NCBI GenBank assembly: GCA_028023455.1
Contig: JAQFVV010000006.1
Location: forward strand, 8,246,001 to 8,310,000
Reading direction: 5' to 3'
DNA length: 64,000 nt
Source: Epiperipatus broadwayi
Lineage: Eukaryota; Animalia; Onychophora
Below are positions 1 to 13,974 of this stretch, one piece after another. Each line of letters begins with the position of its first letter. Within the stretch, counting starts at the first letter, position 1. The translations under genes were made by a program, and so were the position numbers. The notes beneath the pieces were generated by a model, which had not been told where the DNA came from, did not search any database, and saw only the letters and a program-made list of their open reading frames with translations.

Positions 1-580
1 CTTTTTATATTTTACCACACAGCATTAGCAAATAAGAAATTTTCCATACATTCAATTACCATTTGATGGGTATAATAAGGTTAAAAAATAGTAAATATTT
101 ATTCCATCTTATAATAACTAAAATTTATGCTGATTTATTTAGAATTTCATTATTTCATGGATGATTTAAATTTCACACTCATTTGTCACTGTTTAAATAT
201 ACAATATCCTTGCAAAGATATTGGTAAAATTGGATCATTTCTGTTACTATTCAGTGATTTCTGAGCCTTTTTATCAGTAGGTACAAGTATTTTTTTCTAT
301 ATTTTTCCAAATAGCATTATGCAGGTGTAATTTTCCATATACAGAATTATTTTTTGGTGGATATAATAAGAGACAAAAAGAAAAACAAGTTTATTCTATC
401 TTATATAATTTAGTTTTAGATTGATTTGTAAACATTAATTCTTATTAAGCACAAGGTCAACCATGAGAGGAACCTCTACAAATCTTAACACAAGATTACA
501 ACTTTTATAAAGATAAGAGTGGCTGTCTTATCTTCAACCTACTTTCTAATTATACAGGAAAATCTAAAGCATTTTGATTT

Positions 581-1447
581 TTTTTTTTTTTAAATATTTT
601 ATTTATAAACATGAAGTGTTCTTTGTACACTGAAAAGTTTACATTGTATTTAAAGCATACAGATTTAAAAAAAGAGAGAGAGAGGTACACATTCTGCACA
701 GTCCTGATATTCATGGTGGGTTATTCATTTGGAAACTCAATCTTTTCCCAAATGTCTCTGTGTAACAGCTGAGGTGCAAGGGCTGAGTCTTTGACTTTAG
801 CCTGTGTGAGTAGCTTGATGTAAATCTAAAGTGGAGTACTTTTAAAATGTCCAAACATTAATTTGCATCTGGTTAGCCATAAGGTAAAGGTCAAGAAGAT
901 GGACAGTCTGATGGATGCATAGGTTTCCTGTTTGATCGTGTTTTGAATTGATAGGACATCTCTGATGTCTAGTGAAACTTTGTTAATGATGAAGTTCCTG
1001 ATAGGAGAGAAGGTGGGGCACATGTATAATAGATGGGATATGGTCTCATCAGCTGAGTGGCAGAGCGGCACTGGGGTCCAATCTTTGAGAAACCCTTCCT
1101 GGCCACAAAAAAGCAACTGGTGGGAAGAGAGGCCAGATTGAGCTTAAGAAGAAAGTCGATGTGTTTGGATTCAACATACCAGTGATTCAGCTTTTGGATC
1201 AAGGCTTTGTTGGAAAGCCCCAATACATTTTGAATCGGAGCTTGATCTTGGTGTTTTAATTTGTAGACAGTCCAGAAAGACTTTTTAGCATCAAGGGCTA
1301 GTTGGCTGGGATTCATGGCTATACTGATTTGATTCCAGATTTCACCCATCCAGTTACTTGTAAGTGGAGGTGGAGTATCAGTAGGGTCGACAACCACCGG
1401 AAGATTGAAGTTTGGCAATTTTAAGCATGTCGAGCACAGAAGGTAAA
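581..1447 (-). mobile_element. 5'-truncated L1/Tx1-clade LINE (3' end of ORF2 plus poly(A))
   Basis: Poly(T) at ~577-591 on +. 15-bp TSD AAAGCATTTTGATTT at 566-580 and 1448-1462. Two frameshifted minus ORFs give LLKLNLASLPT...PLCHSADETISHLLYMCP...LWLTRCKLMF, resembling the zf-RVT-type Cys/His region after L1/Tx1 RT. Confidence 0.85.
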
Positions 1448-1825
1448 AAAGCATTTTGATTTGAGAGTGTGAAGCTAGTAAATTCTTCCCTGATTCCATT
1501 GCCTCGTTTAGGAATCAACATTCGCGAAATCTTTCGATTCACAGCAAGTTAATATTTAGGTCTTATAAGTAGAAATATTTCGAATCAATTTAAATTTGTA
1601 AACATTAATTCTTATTAAACGCATGGTCAGGAGTTTATTATTTCTCATTTGATTTAAATTTCACATCCTGACAAACCAGTGGTAATATAGAACCATTCTT
1701 ATTACTAGTCGTGCTAGGCCTTTCTGAATCTTTTCATCAGCAAATTTAAAGTTACTATTAATATAAAGTTCTAATTATAAATTTATTTAAACGCACATTG
1801 ATTACGTAAGTAATATTCATTAAGG

Positions 1826-1991
1826 CTGTAGCCTCAAGCACATGCGTATAAAATGTGATAGTAGGGACCTCTACAGGACTTAAACCACAAGATTATTCTT
1901 CCCCTTTTTTCTTCCAAAGAGTAAGCTTGTGGTTTAAGTCCTGTAGAGGTCCCTACTATCGCATTTTATACACATGTGCTTGAGGCTACAG
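1826..1991. repeat. Near-perfect foldback (66-bp arms, ~34-nt loop)
   Basis: 1826-1891 is the reverse complement of 1926-1991 with ~3 mismatches. A diverged relative of the arm lies at ~463-495. Confidence 0.9.
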
Positions 1992-2941
1992 TATTAATAT
2001 ATAAATATATTTGTAAATTTAATGCTTAACATTTTTCAAACAAATGGCCAAATATATCAGAAAATGATAAGTGATCTCCGAAAAGCAATTCTACTGACTT
2101 AACTTATGTCAGTTGCCCAAACCTTCAAACTCTTCAACTGTCTTCATCGTTGTTCATTATTTATCCACTGCATTAGATTCCAAATTGGCATACAGATGTA
2201 CAATTCTTACACAAATTTAATATGTATTTACCAATATTATGGATAATTTACATCAAAGTTAATCAATAATTCTAAAGATGTTTATAATCAGCACTTCCAA
2301 GTAGTCTATAAAATTAAATGAAGTCAACCTGCACGCAACTTAGCTTGATCAAAAATAGATATTTATATAACAGAGCCATCAAAAATTAAGAATGGTCATC
2401 AATATTCACTAATCATAACAAAAGGCCACACCCAAATTGGAATAATCAAAAGCAAAAATTATATATATGGAGAGGGAGGACAGAAAGCAGAAAATTAAAG
2501 TGAGCGCTTTTCAATCAATAGAAAAAACACAAGTGTACCGCTGTCAAAGAAGTGGCCCTCTTAAATAAAATTTAAATATTTTGAATAGCTAATCGGTTAT
2601 TACTTATACATTAATACCAAGAACTCTTAAGTGACATTATTATATGCCAAGAATATGATATACATATTATATTGAAACATGCTAGGCAGTCATATTAAAG
2701 CTGACTATTTCCCCCAAAAAGCTATCTTTTCTGAGGATGCTTTCATTAGCTGAAAAAAGAATGAATTTATTTCCAGTTGAATAATAACAATTTAATAAGC
2801 TAACAACTGTTACATTAATATTAACTCAAATATAGGCTTTAAACCCAGTTAAAAATCATTTATTATTATAAATTTAAAACATGTTCTACATTATTTCAAT
2901 CTTCTTTTGTTCACACAAGGTTATTATTAAATATCTATATA

Positions 2942-3241
2942 TACATGGGTGAGAGAACAAACAGGGGTTACTGACATCATTGAAAGGATTAAGGGACTGA
3001 AGTGAAGTTGGGATGGACATATTGCTAGAAGAGATAATAATACATGAACAGTTGAAATCTTAAACTGGATTCCAAGAGATTGTAAAAGACATGGAAAGAG
3101 ACTGTGTGAAATGGATGGACGAAATAAAGAAGTGTGTTCAGATGATGTAAAGAAGAGAAGCTAGAGATCAGAGACGATGGATTAAACTTGGAGAGACCTT
3201 CATCCTAAAGTGGATGGATAATGGTTGAAAATGATGATGAT
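2942..3241 (+). mobile_element. RTE LINE 3' fragment
   Basis: Homologous to the 3' end of the 28413-29347 RTE; ends ...GGATAATGGTTGAAAATGATGATGAT. Confidence 0.85.
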
Positions 3242-3279
3242 ATATTTATAAATTTACTACTATCACTAAGTTTAATTCA

Positions 3280-3660
3280 TTTTCTTCAGTCTACGGCCAT
3301 TACCCTTCTCCACATTATTCCAAAACTACTTTATCCATCCATTCGATATGTAATCTCTTTCTAAGTCTTTTACAATCTCTTGGGATCCCAACTTCAATTG
3401 TCCATGTCCATCTTTACCATATCTTCTAAGAATATGATATCAAGGATATCTTTTTGTTCTCCTTCCATATATTTCACTTTCAATCCCTTCTTGATACTCC
3501 TAGCATACAACTCTCCATACCTTATTATATGGTCTGAGCTTTGTAAAATGCCCTGATTTCAGAGTCATATGTAAGATCTAGTAAGACATATCTATTAAAA
3601 ATCTTTTTCAAACATTCAGGCATAATCCTTTCAATATTAAATTATTTTTACAAAAAAGTA
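3280..3660 (-). mobile_element. Degenerate RTE LINE fragment
   Basis: Shares TTTTACAATCTCTTGG and TCAATTGTCCAT blocks with the 28.5-kb RTE. Confidence 0.55.
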
Positions 3661-3736
3661 TCAGTTTAATTTTGTCATTTATTCCAGCTATTGTGTTTCT
3701 ATCTGCAATAATGATTTAGCCAAGATATTTATAGTT

Positions 3737-4108
3737 TTAAAACAGGCAAAACTCACTATACGTATTGCCACACACAGCAAGCTAGAGTAATCAATGGATG
3801 CCAGAAGGCTTGTGCATAAAATCCCCATCTAGTGCCTACTCATCCAATATCCCCAGACTAGTTTCTGGCTTGTGGCCTTCGTCAGTGAGGAGTCTTGGAT
3901 CTGAGAGCACTCACTGGATGAGTAGGCGTCAGTGATGAGCCTTGGATCTGAGAGCACTCATTGGATGAGTAGGCACTAGATGGAGATTTGATGCACAAGC
4001 CATCTGGCATCCATTGATTACTCTAGCTTGCTGTGTGTGGCAATATGTATAGTGAGTTTTGCCTGTTTTAAAACAGTTATACACAAGCATAAGAAGTGGT
4101 GGTCATGT
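3737..4108. mobile_element. Family A hammerhead-bearing foldback retro-insertion
   Basis: Inverted arms ~3734-3847 and ~3960-4074. 13-bp TSD GATATTTATAGTT at 3724-3736 and 4109-4121. 47-nt tandem duplication at the junction. Confidence 0.85.
3850..3891 (-). ncRNA. Minimal type-I hammerhead ribozyme (family A)
   Basis: Minus strand: TCCTCA-CTGACGA-A GGC CACAA GCC A-GAAA-C TA G-TC^TGGGGA. Stem I pairs; stem III is palindromic (ACTAGT). Confidence 0.7.
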
Positions 4109-4239
4109 GATATTTATAGTTGTTAACTTCTTTTGTAATTCATGATAATTTATCTTTATTTTCTTCTACCATTAAAACGCATTTACCTTTAGTCCTTCTT
4201 TCTTGCTTTCATTTAACAACTTTTGTACCATTCCCTAAG

Positions 4240-4395
4240 GCTCTGAAACATTATTTGCAAACTCGACCATATCACTGATAATCTTCCAATATGTTTATTC
4301 CCGTAGTTCCCTATTTTAATCTACAAAATATTTATAGTAAAACTGCTGTAAAAAGTTTTGGAGATATGGAATAACCCTGTTCTACATTACTGTCC
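4240..4395 (-). mobile_element. RTE RT fragment
   Basis: ACTGCTGTAAAAAGTTTTGGAGATATGGA is identical to 29259-29287 (SISPKLFTAV). Confidence 0.7.
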
Positions 4396-4993
4396 TTCAA
4401 ATAAACCAATAAAAATCTTTAAAAAGGTTCCACTTTTAACCTAACAATATATATATATATATCCAAAAGAAAGTAAATCAACATTAAAATTGTATAAAAG
4501 TTATACACTGTAGATTAAATCATAATAAAAAATATATATAATTTATTTCTTGATCGGTCTCATCCCTTCCCTATTTTAAGTTTTTTTAAACAATTCGCTA
4601 CAATTAAAATGCTTCTTCAATAGCCTATCATAAAGGAGGAGCTAATGAAATAACACAGCTTTCCAAATTACTGCGAAATCAAAGTTTAAAGCCTTTTACA
4701 ACCTAGTTTTACTCTGCAGCTAAAAATACATTAAAATTCATATGGCTACGGATTCACTATCTGGAAAAAAAAATCTTATATCTGTTTGAAAGCTCGAAAA
4801 ATGTTTAAGTATTATCTGGCTGAGACTTGAATCCAGATGAAAGACAGGTACTGATTTAGTATGTGTTCATGGCCATTTTGAATTATAAGAACCATCCAAA
4901 ACCCAGGCTGACACATCCAAGCAATAAATGACATTGATCAATCTACAAGTTGTCGCGATCCGATCATTTGTTACAAAATCGCTATTTTTATCA

Positions 4994-5033
4994 TCAACAA
5001 CAACAACAACAACAATAATAATAATAATAAAAA
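4994..5033. repeat. Compound (CAA)n(TAA)n microsatellite
   Basis: Direct reading. Confidence 0.9.
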
Positions 5034-6726
5034 ATAAAAAAACAACTTTTGTACAGCTATAAAAATGTAATCATGTGATAAAAAATTTAAAATATTGAAA
5101 GTCATATAATTATACTATAAATACCTTACTATAAATTTTGTATAAATACTATTTACTAAAAACCTGTCAATACTTAGACAATCCCAATATCAATAACAAT
5201 CAAGAATTTCAAACTGTTGTCAAGGCAACCATCTTAAACAATAAAGATGGAATACAACCTTTACCAATGGTCTAATATAGGCATGAAAGATTGCATCTTG
5301 ACCACAGATATTGAAATTGTTTATACAAAGAACTTTAAATAAATCTCTTTAAACAGATAAATATAACCTTAATGTCAATTATAACATTACAAACTGCAAT
5401 TATAAATTTCAAATTGCACCCAAAGTATTACTTAAATAATAAGGGAAATAACGATCAAAGCTAACAAAAAAGTTTGCTACTAATTGAACAAAAACAATAT
5501 GTTGATTCACCAATGAGGCTTCAAAAAAAAAAGAGGTATGAATTTCTCATTTCCATTCTTATATATTGTTTGCACTGGTATCTGCAATTGAATGTTCTCA
5601 TAGTAAATGAACACAAAAAAACCATTTAGTAATACTTTATCATTGTCCTTATATTTTATACATTTTGGCACAGTTGATAGATCATCTGAATTGGGATTGG
5701 GAAATCCCAGGATTGATTCTGGTGATCACAGTTTTCTGGTGTTCAAACTTCTTATGAACTCCCATGCAATAAAGCCATAAGCACTTTTTATTATCCTTAT
5801 TAATAAAATAATCAAATGATATGTCTCTCAGGAGAATATATGATGTTCATACATTAAAAGTGACAGAGACAAATTATACATCCATGGACTTTTATCTTTC
5901 GAATCTACCACTTTACCAGAGCACTAAACAATACATGGGATTTTATTTTGTCATACCTCATTTACAAAATGGTTTTGTATCAATTTTTTAAAATGTAAGC
6001 AGCATTAAAGTATGCTTTGGTTCTTATTTATAAACTATTTCTTAAAGTATTATTTTTTATGATCGTCCACATTTTAAACAACTCTACTAGGAATCAAGGG
6101 TAATTAAATTACAAAAAAAATGGATTATACCCTAAGTTTACTAAACCAATGCAATTGTAGAGTGATGGATTATTGGCCATGGGTTGAAGCTCAACCTATC
6201 ATGATGAAGTTCAAATATATGACTTCTTGAATATCTAAACATTAGACAACTACCTAACCATTATGATAACTTTCTTAATCAAATAAGTTTTAGGAAAAAA
6301 GGTCTTCCCACTGTTAAATATAAACATAAAAATTAACAATAAAAATAAAAATTAGTTCATAATGATTGTAAGGGTTTTCGCTACAACCTGTAAAAAATAG
6401 AAAAACCAAATCTGTTGATATTTGTGAGAATAATCTTCAACAACTAGTTAGAAATTTAACTTAAACTGTAGCCAATACATTGAAAAGAAAAGATATCTAT
6501 ACTGATGCAAGAACCAAAGCCAAGAAAGTCAATCACTATTATTTTATAGCTTAGTAAGACTTTAGCTAACCTGAACTCCAACTTATAAAAGTATCAACAA
6601 AATATCACATGACTGTTTCGGTCCACCACAATGACAAAAGGGCATTAGAAAGTGATTCAGAAACCTTTAACTTTTCAATGCATCTCTCTTAGTATAACTT
6701 TTCAATGTAGATCTCTACAATACTGC

Positions 6727-7638
6727 TGTTGTATTTTTATAAAAATATTATACAAATTTATGCACTCCAGAAAAACTAGAATTTATTAGAGAGATTTTTT
6801 TTAGATCGCGAACTGATAACTGATAAAATTTTAATTAAAGAACTAACATAATGGCGATTGATTTGCTGATTGCAAATATTTCTTGATAAGAGACTAAACT
6901 GCTTGTCTTGCGTTGTTAGCCGAGAGGTATCGCAGCCGCCATGCAAGCAAGTAGTTGGTTGCAGACGGTTGTGGGTTCGCGTCCCGGCCGATGCTATGAC
7001 ACATGGAAAGAGACTAAACTGCCTTATATGGTAAGGAATTCTGAAGGCACAATTTAATTAGCTATGGACTTAAATACCTTATATGGAGAAGGTAATTACT
7101 TATAGGAGTAATCAGAAAGCTGTAAAAAGAGTATGTAACCTACACGGACTATTTGAGTGCATCTCCAGTAGATTTTCCATTTCAATTCTGGTGTAGCAGA
7201 GATCTAATGTCAGTGCTTCAGTTAATGTGCAGCACTCAGTGAAAAGGTGTTCACAGACAATAGCTGAATAGGCCCACAGAGATTCAGAGACCACAGCCAG
7301 AGAAAACCATCTGGATAGCAGCTAAATGAAGAGATGAGTTTCCAGTGGTTTTATTAGAGTTACAGGTAGTCTATTGCAAACAGAAGCTGTAAGGAGCTTA
7401 AAGTCAGTCACAGTGCTATACTACAATGTGTTCGTGTACAGCTAAACTGGACTGGGCCAAAGTGTGTGTAAACCAAGGTTCATGGGAACTGTTTTATGGC
7501 AGAGTCTGAAAGTAATTCGAGGGGGAACTGAAAATTAGTGAACTATTGATATATTATTGTTGCAGACTATTTTCTATTCTGATTATTCTTTTTATGTGTA
7601 TTTTGTTCACTGGTCACCCAGTCTTAGTTGGGGACACA
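6727..7638 (+). mobile_element. Solo-LTR-like element, copy 1 (with nested SINE)
   Basis: Collinear with 18735-19456. Homology begins at TGTTGTATTT and ends at GGACACA in both copies (TG...CA). Confidence 0.65.
6903..7007 (+). mobile_element. tRNA-derived SINE (family E variant) inserted in the LTR
   Basis: 15-bp TSD AAGAGACTAAACTGC at 6888-6902 and 7008-7022. B-box-like GGGTTCGCGTCCC; tail CCGATGCTATGACACATG shared with 39479. Confidence 0.85.
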
Positions 7639-9939
7639 GCATTGCAATGCACCAATTGAATTAACTTCGATCAGTAATTGCCAAGATAATAGTTTCTTAA
7701 AAAAAAATGCTAAAACAAATATAAATAGCTTTCTACTGGGCAAACTTTTCTTCAAGGGTCTCATTAAAAAACAATAAAAAAGAAGACATTCCTAACCAGA
7801 AATATCAATTGCAAATTTAGATAAAGCACCATTAATCAGAAATTCTTAATTCCTGAACTTTTTCGGATGAGTGGATTTTTCACATTCCATAACTAATCTT
7901 TTACTCCCCTCCTGTCAATATAAATCCAAGCTCTGCTATATATAGTTTTGCTTATGCAGAATACTTTCTGCATACTGTATAAATGTATTTTACTAAAACA
8001 ATAGAAAACTTTAAAAAAAAAGACAATACAGTAATAAATTATTCATTGTAAAGGATTAAAATTACTTTAAAAATTTTGTTTGGATCTTAAGTTTTTCAAT
8101 TTGAAATAACAGTACTTTATCTGTAGTAAGGTTTTGAGTATTTCCCATTCTTGCTCTCTGAAAAAAATAGCTAAACACCTATTTACTGACCAATATTAGA
8201 TGATTAACTGGGTCAACTGTAGAATGGTTTATCTGAAGGAAAAAAAATTAAGGTGATTAGAATAAAAAAAAAAAGACTTATTTATCGTGAGAAAAAAAAA
8301 AAAAAAACATTATTCGAATCTTAAAAAAAAAAAAAAAAATCTCCAAGTATATATTGTCAGTAAGCAAATATCTTTAGTTATTTAAAAAAAATTGCTTGCA
8401 AAGAAATTTATGCATAAACATTTTTTTCCTCTTTTCACTCTTACGAAAATGAAAAAAAATCAAATCTTATTCTTTTAAGCTAAATTGATTATTTATTTTT
8501 TAAACAGGCAATATATAGACCTACTTTTTTTTAATATCTCTATAAAATCGTCTGATTTTCTAATAATTTGGAAACCATTAAGCATTTAATCAATATTAAT
8601 ATTTCAAATTGCCTTTAAGTAAATGAGAAAAAAAAGAAAGAAGAAAGCTCTTAGACATATAGTTAAACAAGACTAATAAAAATGTTTACAGATTAAGAAA
8701 AAAAAAAAACCTCTTATCCATTTAATCATTTATTGATTTTTAGATGGAAAAAAAATTGAATATTAAGTTTTTATATACAAGCTCAAAGACTATTCAAATG
8801 TTATTAAACCGATAGCTTATTTACATAAGTAGATAGATAATATTTATTCATACATTAGTATCTACCAATAAATAAGAATGGTTATTTTATTTCTAGAAAA
8901 AAAAAAAGAAAGATTGAAACTAGAATTTACTGCATAAAATAAAGAATAGAAATGTATGGAAAGGATATATACTAACTTAAATGACTGTAGATAGCGAAGT
9001 TAACAACAACAACAAAAAATGTAAAGAGATGGAAGAAAGATATAAGATTTTCTGTTGTTATCCAATTATCTTATTCTATAAGCCAGAAAATACGAGAGTA
9101 TTACCAAGAGGTAAAAAAATAGAAGAAATATATTAGACTTTCCATTCTGATCCAATATCTTATCCTATAAATAAGTAGATACTCTTAATTGTAAGGAATT
9201 TGTAATGCAATATTATTTTGGCAGGCACATTTTTCTGCCTCTGGTTTGATTTTCAGTTTTTATAAATAAAAATCAAAAAAAATCCAATGCTTTTTGATAA
9301 TGTAAATAGAAAATAAAGAAATGCAAGCAAACCAATAATTTGCAGGTCTGAGAGAAGTCTAATTAACAAATTATTAATATGTACTACATATGTATAAATG
9401 TATTTAATTATTAACGAGCAAAATTGTCATCCTACAATATCACTTTACAACTTGCTACAAATCAGGGTTGGTGATAATCAAGACCTGAGTTATCTAACCC
9501 AGACACTGAAAAACATTGTGATTTATATTACATATGATGTAATAATTTGTCAACAAATACAAAAGAAACATTTCTAAAAAAACAGAGGTTGAACATATTA
9601 CGAATAGTCAATTTTTAATCAAGCAAATTTAATATTCAAATATATAAGGTAGGTAGGTGAAATATCTAGTAAGTATGCAAAGGCATTTCAAACAAAAAGG
9701 AAGACAGTGTTTACCATTGCCAGGAGGTGAAGATACGAGTGATTAGCCATCCTTGTTTTATTCAGTTGCTAAGAATACTAAATATGCATTTACAAACCAA
9801 TATTGGGTGATTGTCTAAACTGGCTATTTAAAAAACAGATCTTAAGCTTATTTCATATTGAATCGGCTTAGATTTGAACTCAGCTATATGATTAAACTAT
9901 AAATCCCCATATGTGTATGATCTGCAAAACATCACATGG

Positions 9940-10030
9940 TCATCAATGAAAACTTTAAGCTAGAAACTAGTCTGGGAATATTTAGAAAGGACAGTACTGG
10001 CTGATTACTGAAGCTGACACTAGATGGCAT
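9940..10030 (+). mobile_element. Degenerate family A fragment with HHR 3' half
   Basis: GCTAGAAACTAGTCTGGGAATATT and CACTAGATGG match family A. Confidence 0.55.
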
Positions 10031-10619
10031 AAATAGTCAGATCAAAAGAAAATTGGCAATAAACATATGTGTGTACATACACTTTAAAGAAAAAAACAAG
10101 TAGTTTTCTAAGCTCATTCACTCTTAAAGTCAATGTTAAATCTAGGCTGCATAACTCAATGAGCTAAAGAAAATGATACAATAAAATAAAAATAAATTAA
10201 CAAATGAAAGAAAATAGCATAGGGATGGATATGGCATGAAATTTGAATTCCTACAATCATCCATAAAAGATTTCTGACATTATATTTTGAATAATACTAT
10301 CTGTACTCATATTATCAATGTTTATGTTTCATTATTGAATTTAGAAAATTTCACATCCAAAGTGATTCTCCATTTTAGTGCCATTTATAGTAATTTCGCA
10401 TCATCGATGATTACTAGATGGCAGTGCACGTAAATCTTCATCCCGACTGCTTTTTGGTTTTGCCATAATAAATAAGAACTTAGGATTCACAACTGGGACT
10501 AATGTAATTATGTAGCTAACTTTTTATGCTTATTTTACGATCAAGATAAAACCCCAAATTTGTTTTAAAAATCTAAGATTTTGACAGTAAGTCAACTTCA
10601 GTGAATAATTGTAGATTTT

Positions 10620-10850
10620 ATAAACCAAATTAAAAAAACCTCCTTTCTTTTATTTTAACAATCTAGACTTTATTTTCGCTTCATTAACCTTACAGTTTTG
10701 ATTATCCAGCAATCTTCTTCAGAGTTTCTAGTAAAAAGATAGAATAAGTTCCGAAAAAGACTGCTGGTCAGTCGAAACTGTAAGATTGAACAAGTAAAAA
10801 AATAAAATATTTAAGTGATTAAAAAAAGAGGGATTTAGTTATTTATTTTA
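10620..10850. mobile_element. Family B foldback with two divergently oriented degenerate HHRs
   Basis: Minus 10689-10724: CTCTGAAGAAGATTGCTGGATAATCAAAACTGTAAGG. Plus 10749-10784: ...AAGACTGCTGGTCAGTCGAAACTGTAAG. Confidence 0.6.
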
Positions 10851-12547
10851 TAAAATTAATCAATGCTTAAAGAAGTATAAAATGAAAGAAGAATAAAACA
10901 GTTATACATCTTAATATCTTCAGTTCTTTTTCTATCTGTACACATCTTATCTGGGGGTAAAGAAAGGCAAAACATATGAAACCGGTCTGGAGATGGGGAT
11001 TTATGCAGTGAGTGCCATGTGGTAATCACAGTTATTCATTTACAACAGATGGCACTAAAGTAGAAAACTGTTCCTGGTTACATTGTAGTAAGCTAAAGAA
11101 TCAAATGATGTGTTGCTAGATGGTATTGCAACACAAAAAAAAATGGATATGCAGCGGAAGTTATGCAGCGGAAGTAGAAAATTATAATCCAAAGTTATTG
11201 AAAATAATAACAGTTCTATACACTAATGCTTTGTTAGTAATGATTTGTCATACGGATTACTTATAATATAAAAACTATAAAGAGATTTGGAAGCATCTAT
11301 ACTAAATCTAAGAATGTTTTACAAATTATGGTATGACTGGAATCAGTACACAAAAGTCATAATTATATGACCATTTAAAATCACAGATTGTTGACAGGAT
11401 AAAAAATTTAGTATGCTTCAAAGTTAAGATAATAATAAGTGAATGGCTTGTTACTATGGAGATCACAAGATGTTTGAACGTTGGAAGTAACATCGTTAGC
11501 TGCGATCTCTAGATGTTTAGCTTTCAAGTCGACCACTCTGCCCCAATGTTACAGACAGATTTTAAAAACATTTTAAGTTGTTGGATTATTGATTCTCTTT
11601 TGCCATTGGTTGTTTTTAGCAAATTGGTTACAGCAGCAAGTCAAGTTGATTGAAACTTTAATGACTTTTATGGATACTGAAAAAATAATCAAATGTTTTA
11701 TTTCTCAGAAAATCAGGTGACCATCGAGCACCAATCATAGTACGTTGAGCTTTAACTTAAAAACTTTTAGGTCTGAAGTCAATTTATTTTGCTAGGACTG
11801 TGAAACATGAATGTGGGCAAACATTTTAAATAAGTCAGAATAATGAATGTACTATAAAATTTACTACAGCAACAAGAATTTTAAAAGTGATCTTTAATCT
11901 TTTACAATAAATAAATCAGTTTGAAAAAGTTTACAAACAAAATAATATACGTATGTACTGTAAATACTTAGAAATTAATAAGCCTAATTGCAGTGAGCAG
12001 CTTTTTTTTTCGATCGTACCAATAGCAATACTACATGACCTTTCATATATTTACTCATATGCTTCCAAAAGCAATTAAGTTCACCCTAATCTAGAGCCAT
12101 CTATTGTTAGTTAGAGTAATCAATGGAAAACAGAAGAAATTTTACTATAAAACCCATGTGCAGACTGATCCATTTCTGATGTTTGTCTTTGTCGGAGGGG
12201 ACTAGGATTTAAAGCTGGAATTAAAACACATAACACATAAGTAATCATCTTTTGCTCTTTTATGTCCTAGAATGGTCTCAAGTTAAAATGAAGGCTAAAA
12301 GATCTACTCTTAAACCCAAAAAGATTATGGAAACTGGGATTTTCAATTAATGATGTTTTAGCTACATAAATAAATGACTTGGGTCATTGCCACCCTCTTG
12401 ATAATCGTTAGTAACACCAAATTAAATGTCTATAAACATTAAAAGAATACTAAGTGAATTTAACAATTAACAACTGATGCTTATAATGGATGCTTTTATT
12501 TACTATGGGAACTAAAAATCAGGAAAATAATTGTTTCTTCAACAACA

Positions 12548-12714
12548 ATTGGGGTTTTATATTTACCTTAAAATAAAAATGTGATTGGTGAGGGGGGAGG
12601 GGAGAGATTGAAATTAATCAAATCAATTCTTTGTTAGAAAAAAATAGGGATTGACTTAATTAATTTCTGGATCCCCCACACTTTTATTTTAAGTTAAATA
12701 TTAAAACCTCAATT
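12548..12714. repeat. Old inverted-repeat element (MITE-like or foldback)
   Basis: AATTGGGGTTTTATATTTACCTTAAAATAAAA pairs imperfectly with TTTTATTTTAAGTTAAATATTAAAACCTCAATT. Confidence 0.55.
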
Positions 12715-13284
12715 TTGGTTGTACATATTGAGAAAAAATATACTATAGGTTCTCAAGATACATTTCGATCCAGCAGCACTGTCAGTTAAATCAAAACCCA
12801 CATTACCCCAAATACCACTGCTCTCAATTTATAAATGTACATTGCAAATGCTTGCCAATAAATGCACCATATTTTCCACAAGACCCTAAATTCAGAGCAG
12901 CAGTTTCTCAATAGACTCTTATGCAACTTATTAACCATTTTTTATTAGGATAGAGTTTACTCTTTATCATTTAACAATAACTTTAATAAAGTCCAATTAC
13001 ATTCATTATTTCTCTTCGTACTCACGAATCACATTCTCCATTTTCTAAACGGTTATCTCTTTCGACACACATGCGCAATCTTATATTTTCAGAAATTAAA
13101 CACATTAGGAGTCACTAGAATTTTTCCCCAATGTAATTATTACGGTATTATTAAAAGAGAGCTGAGTTTTAAAAATATGAGACTGAATACGTGACCACAG
13201 AGGCGACTCATTAAAAGATGTTGGATTGTCATGCAACTGTACAAAAAATAAGACTAAAAGACAATAAATAAATAAATAGAAATT

Positions 13285-13828
13285 AGCAACTATAAATACC
13301 TTGATCAGATTATTAATCCAGATGGAAATCTAATGGATGAAATTAAGTATAGAATTAAAATTGGAGTGTGTGTTTATGTGTTTGAAAAGGAAGATTTTTA
13401 ATAGATACGTTTTACCATTTCTTATTTATGGATCTGAGATTTGGATACTTAACGAACGAGCAAAGCATAGACTTCAGGTAAAATAAAAAGGGATGTACAT
13501 TAGGGGTAATAAGAAGAAATTGAAAAAGAAATACATGGGTGAGAAAACAAACATGTATGACTGATAACACTGAAAGAATAAAGGGGCTAAAATGAAGCTG
13601 GGCTAAACATATTGATAGAAGAGATAATGAAAAATGAACAGTTGAAATTTTAACTTAAATCCCAAAAGATTGTAAAAGACGTAGACAAAAACCACATGTG
13701 AGATGGATGGATGAAATAAGAAAGTGTGTTGTGGATAAGAAGGGCTACAGATTGGGAAAATCTCGATTAATCTTGGAGAGACTTTCACTCTGCAGTGGAT
13801 CGATAATGTTGAAAATGATGATGATGAT
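13285..13828 (+). mobile_element. RTE LINE 3' fragment (internally deleted)
   Basis: TATAAATACCTTGATCAGATTATTAAT (YKYL.QIIN) through the (TGA)n tail; homologous to the 28.4-29.0 kb RTE. Confidence 0.8.
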
Positions 13829-13974
13829 TTGAATTTTCTTAAATTTGAAGTCTATGTTCAAGGTTAAATGAAATACATTAATTTCTACCTAATTAATCAC
13901 TATATATTTATTAAAGGGAAAATGTTGCGAATAAATTAAATGTTCACTGAAAATCCTTGCAGTATATATATATA

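Noticed and set aside
1448-1499. Start MESGKNLL... of the 176-aa ORF
   Set aside because: Encoded by TSD and flank of the truncated LINE.
6300-6720. CR1-like remnants here and at ~42560-42720
   Set aside because: Only faint motif resemblance; too degenerate to support.
10018-10029. CTCF-like CACTAGATGGCA (also ~48240)
   Set aside because: Derived from family A repeat sequence.
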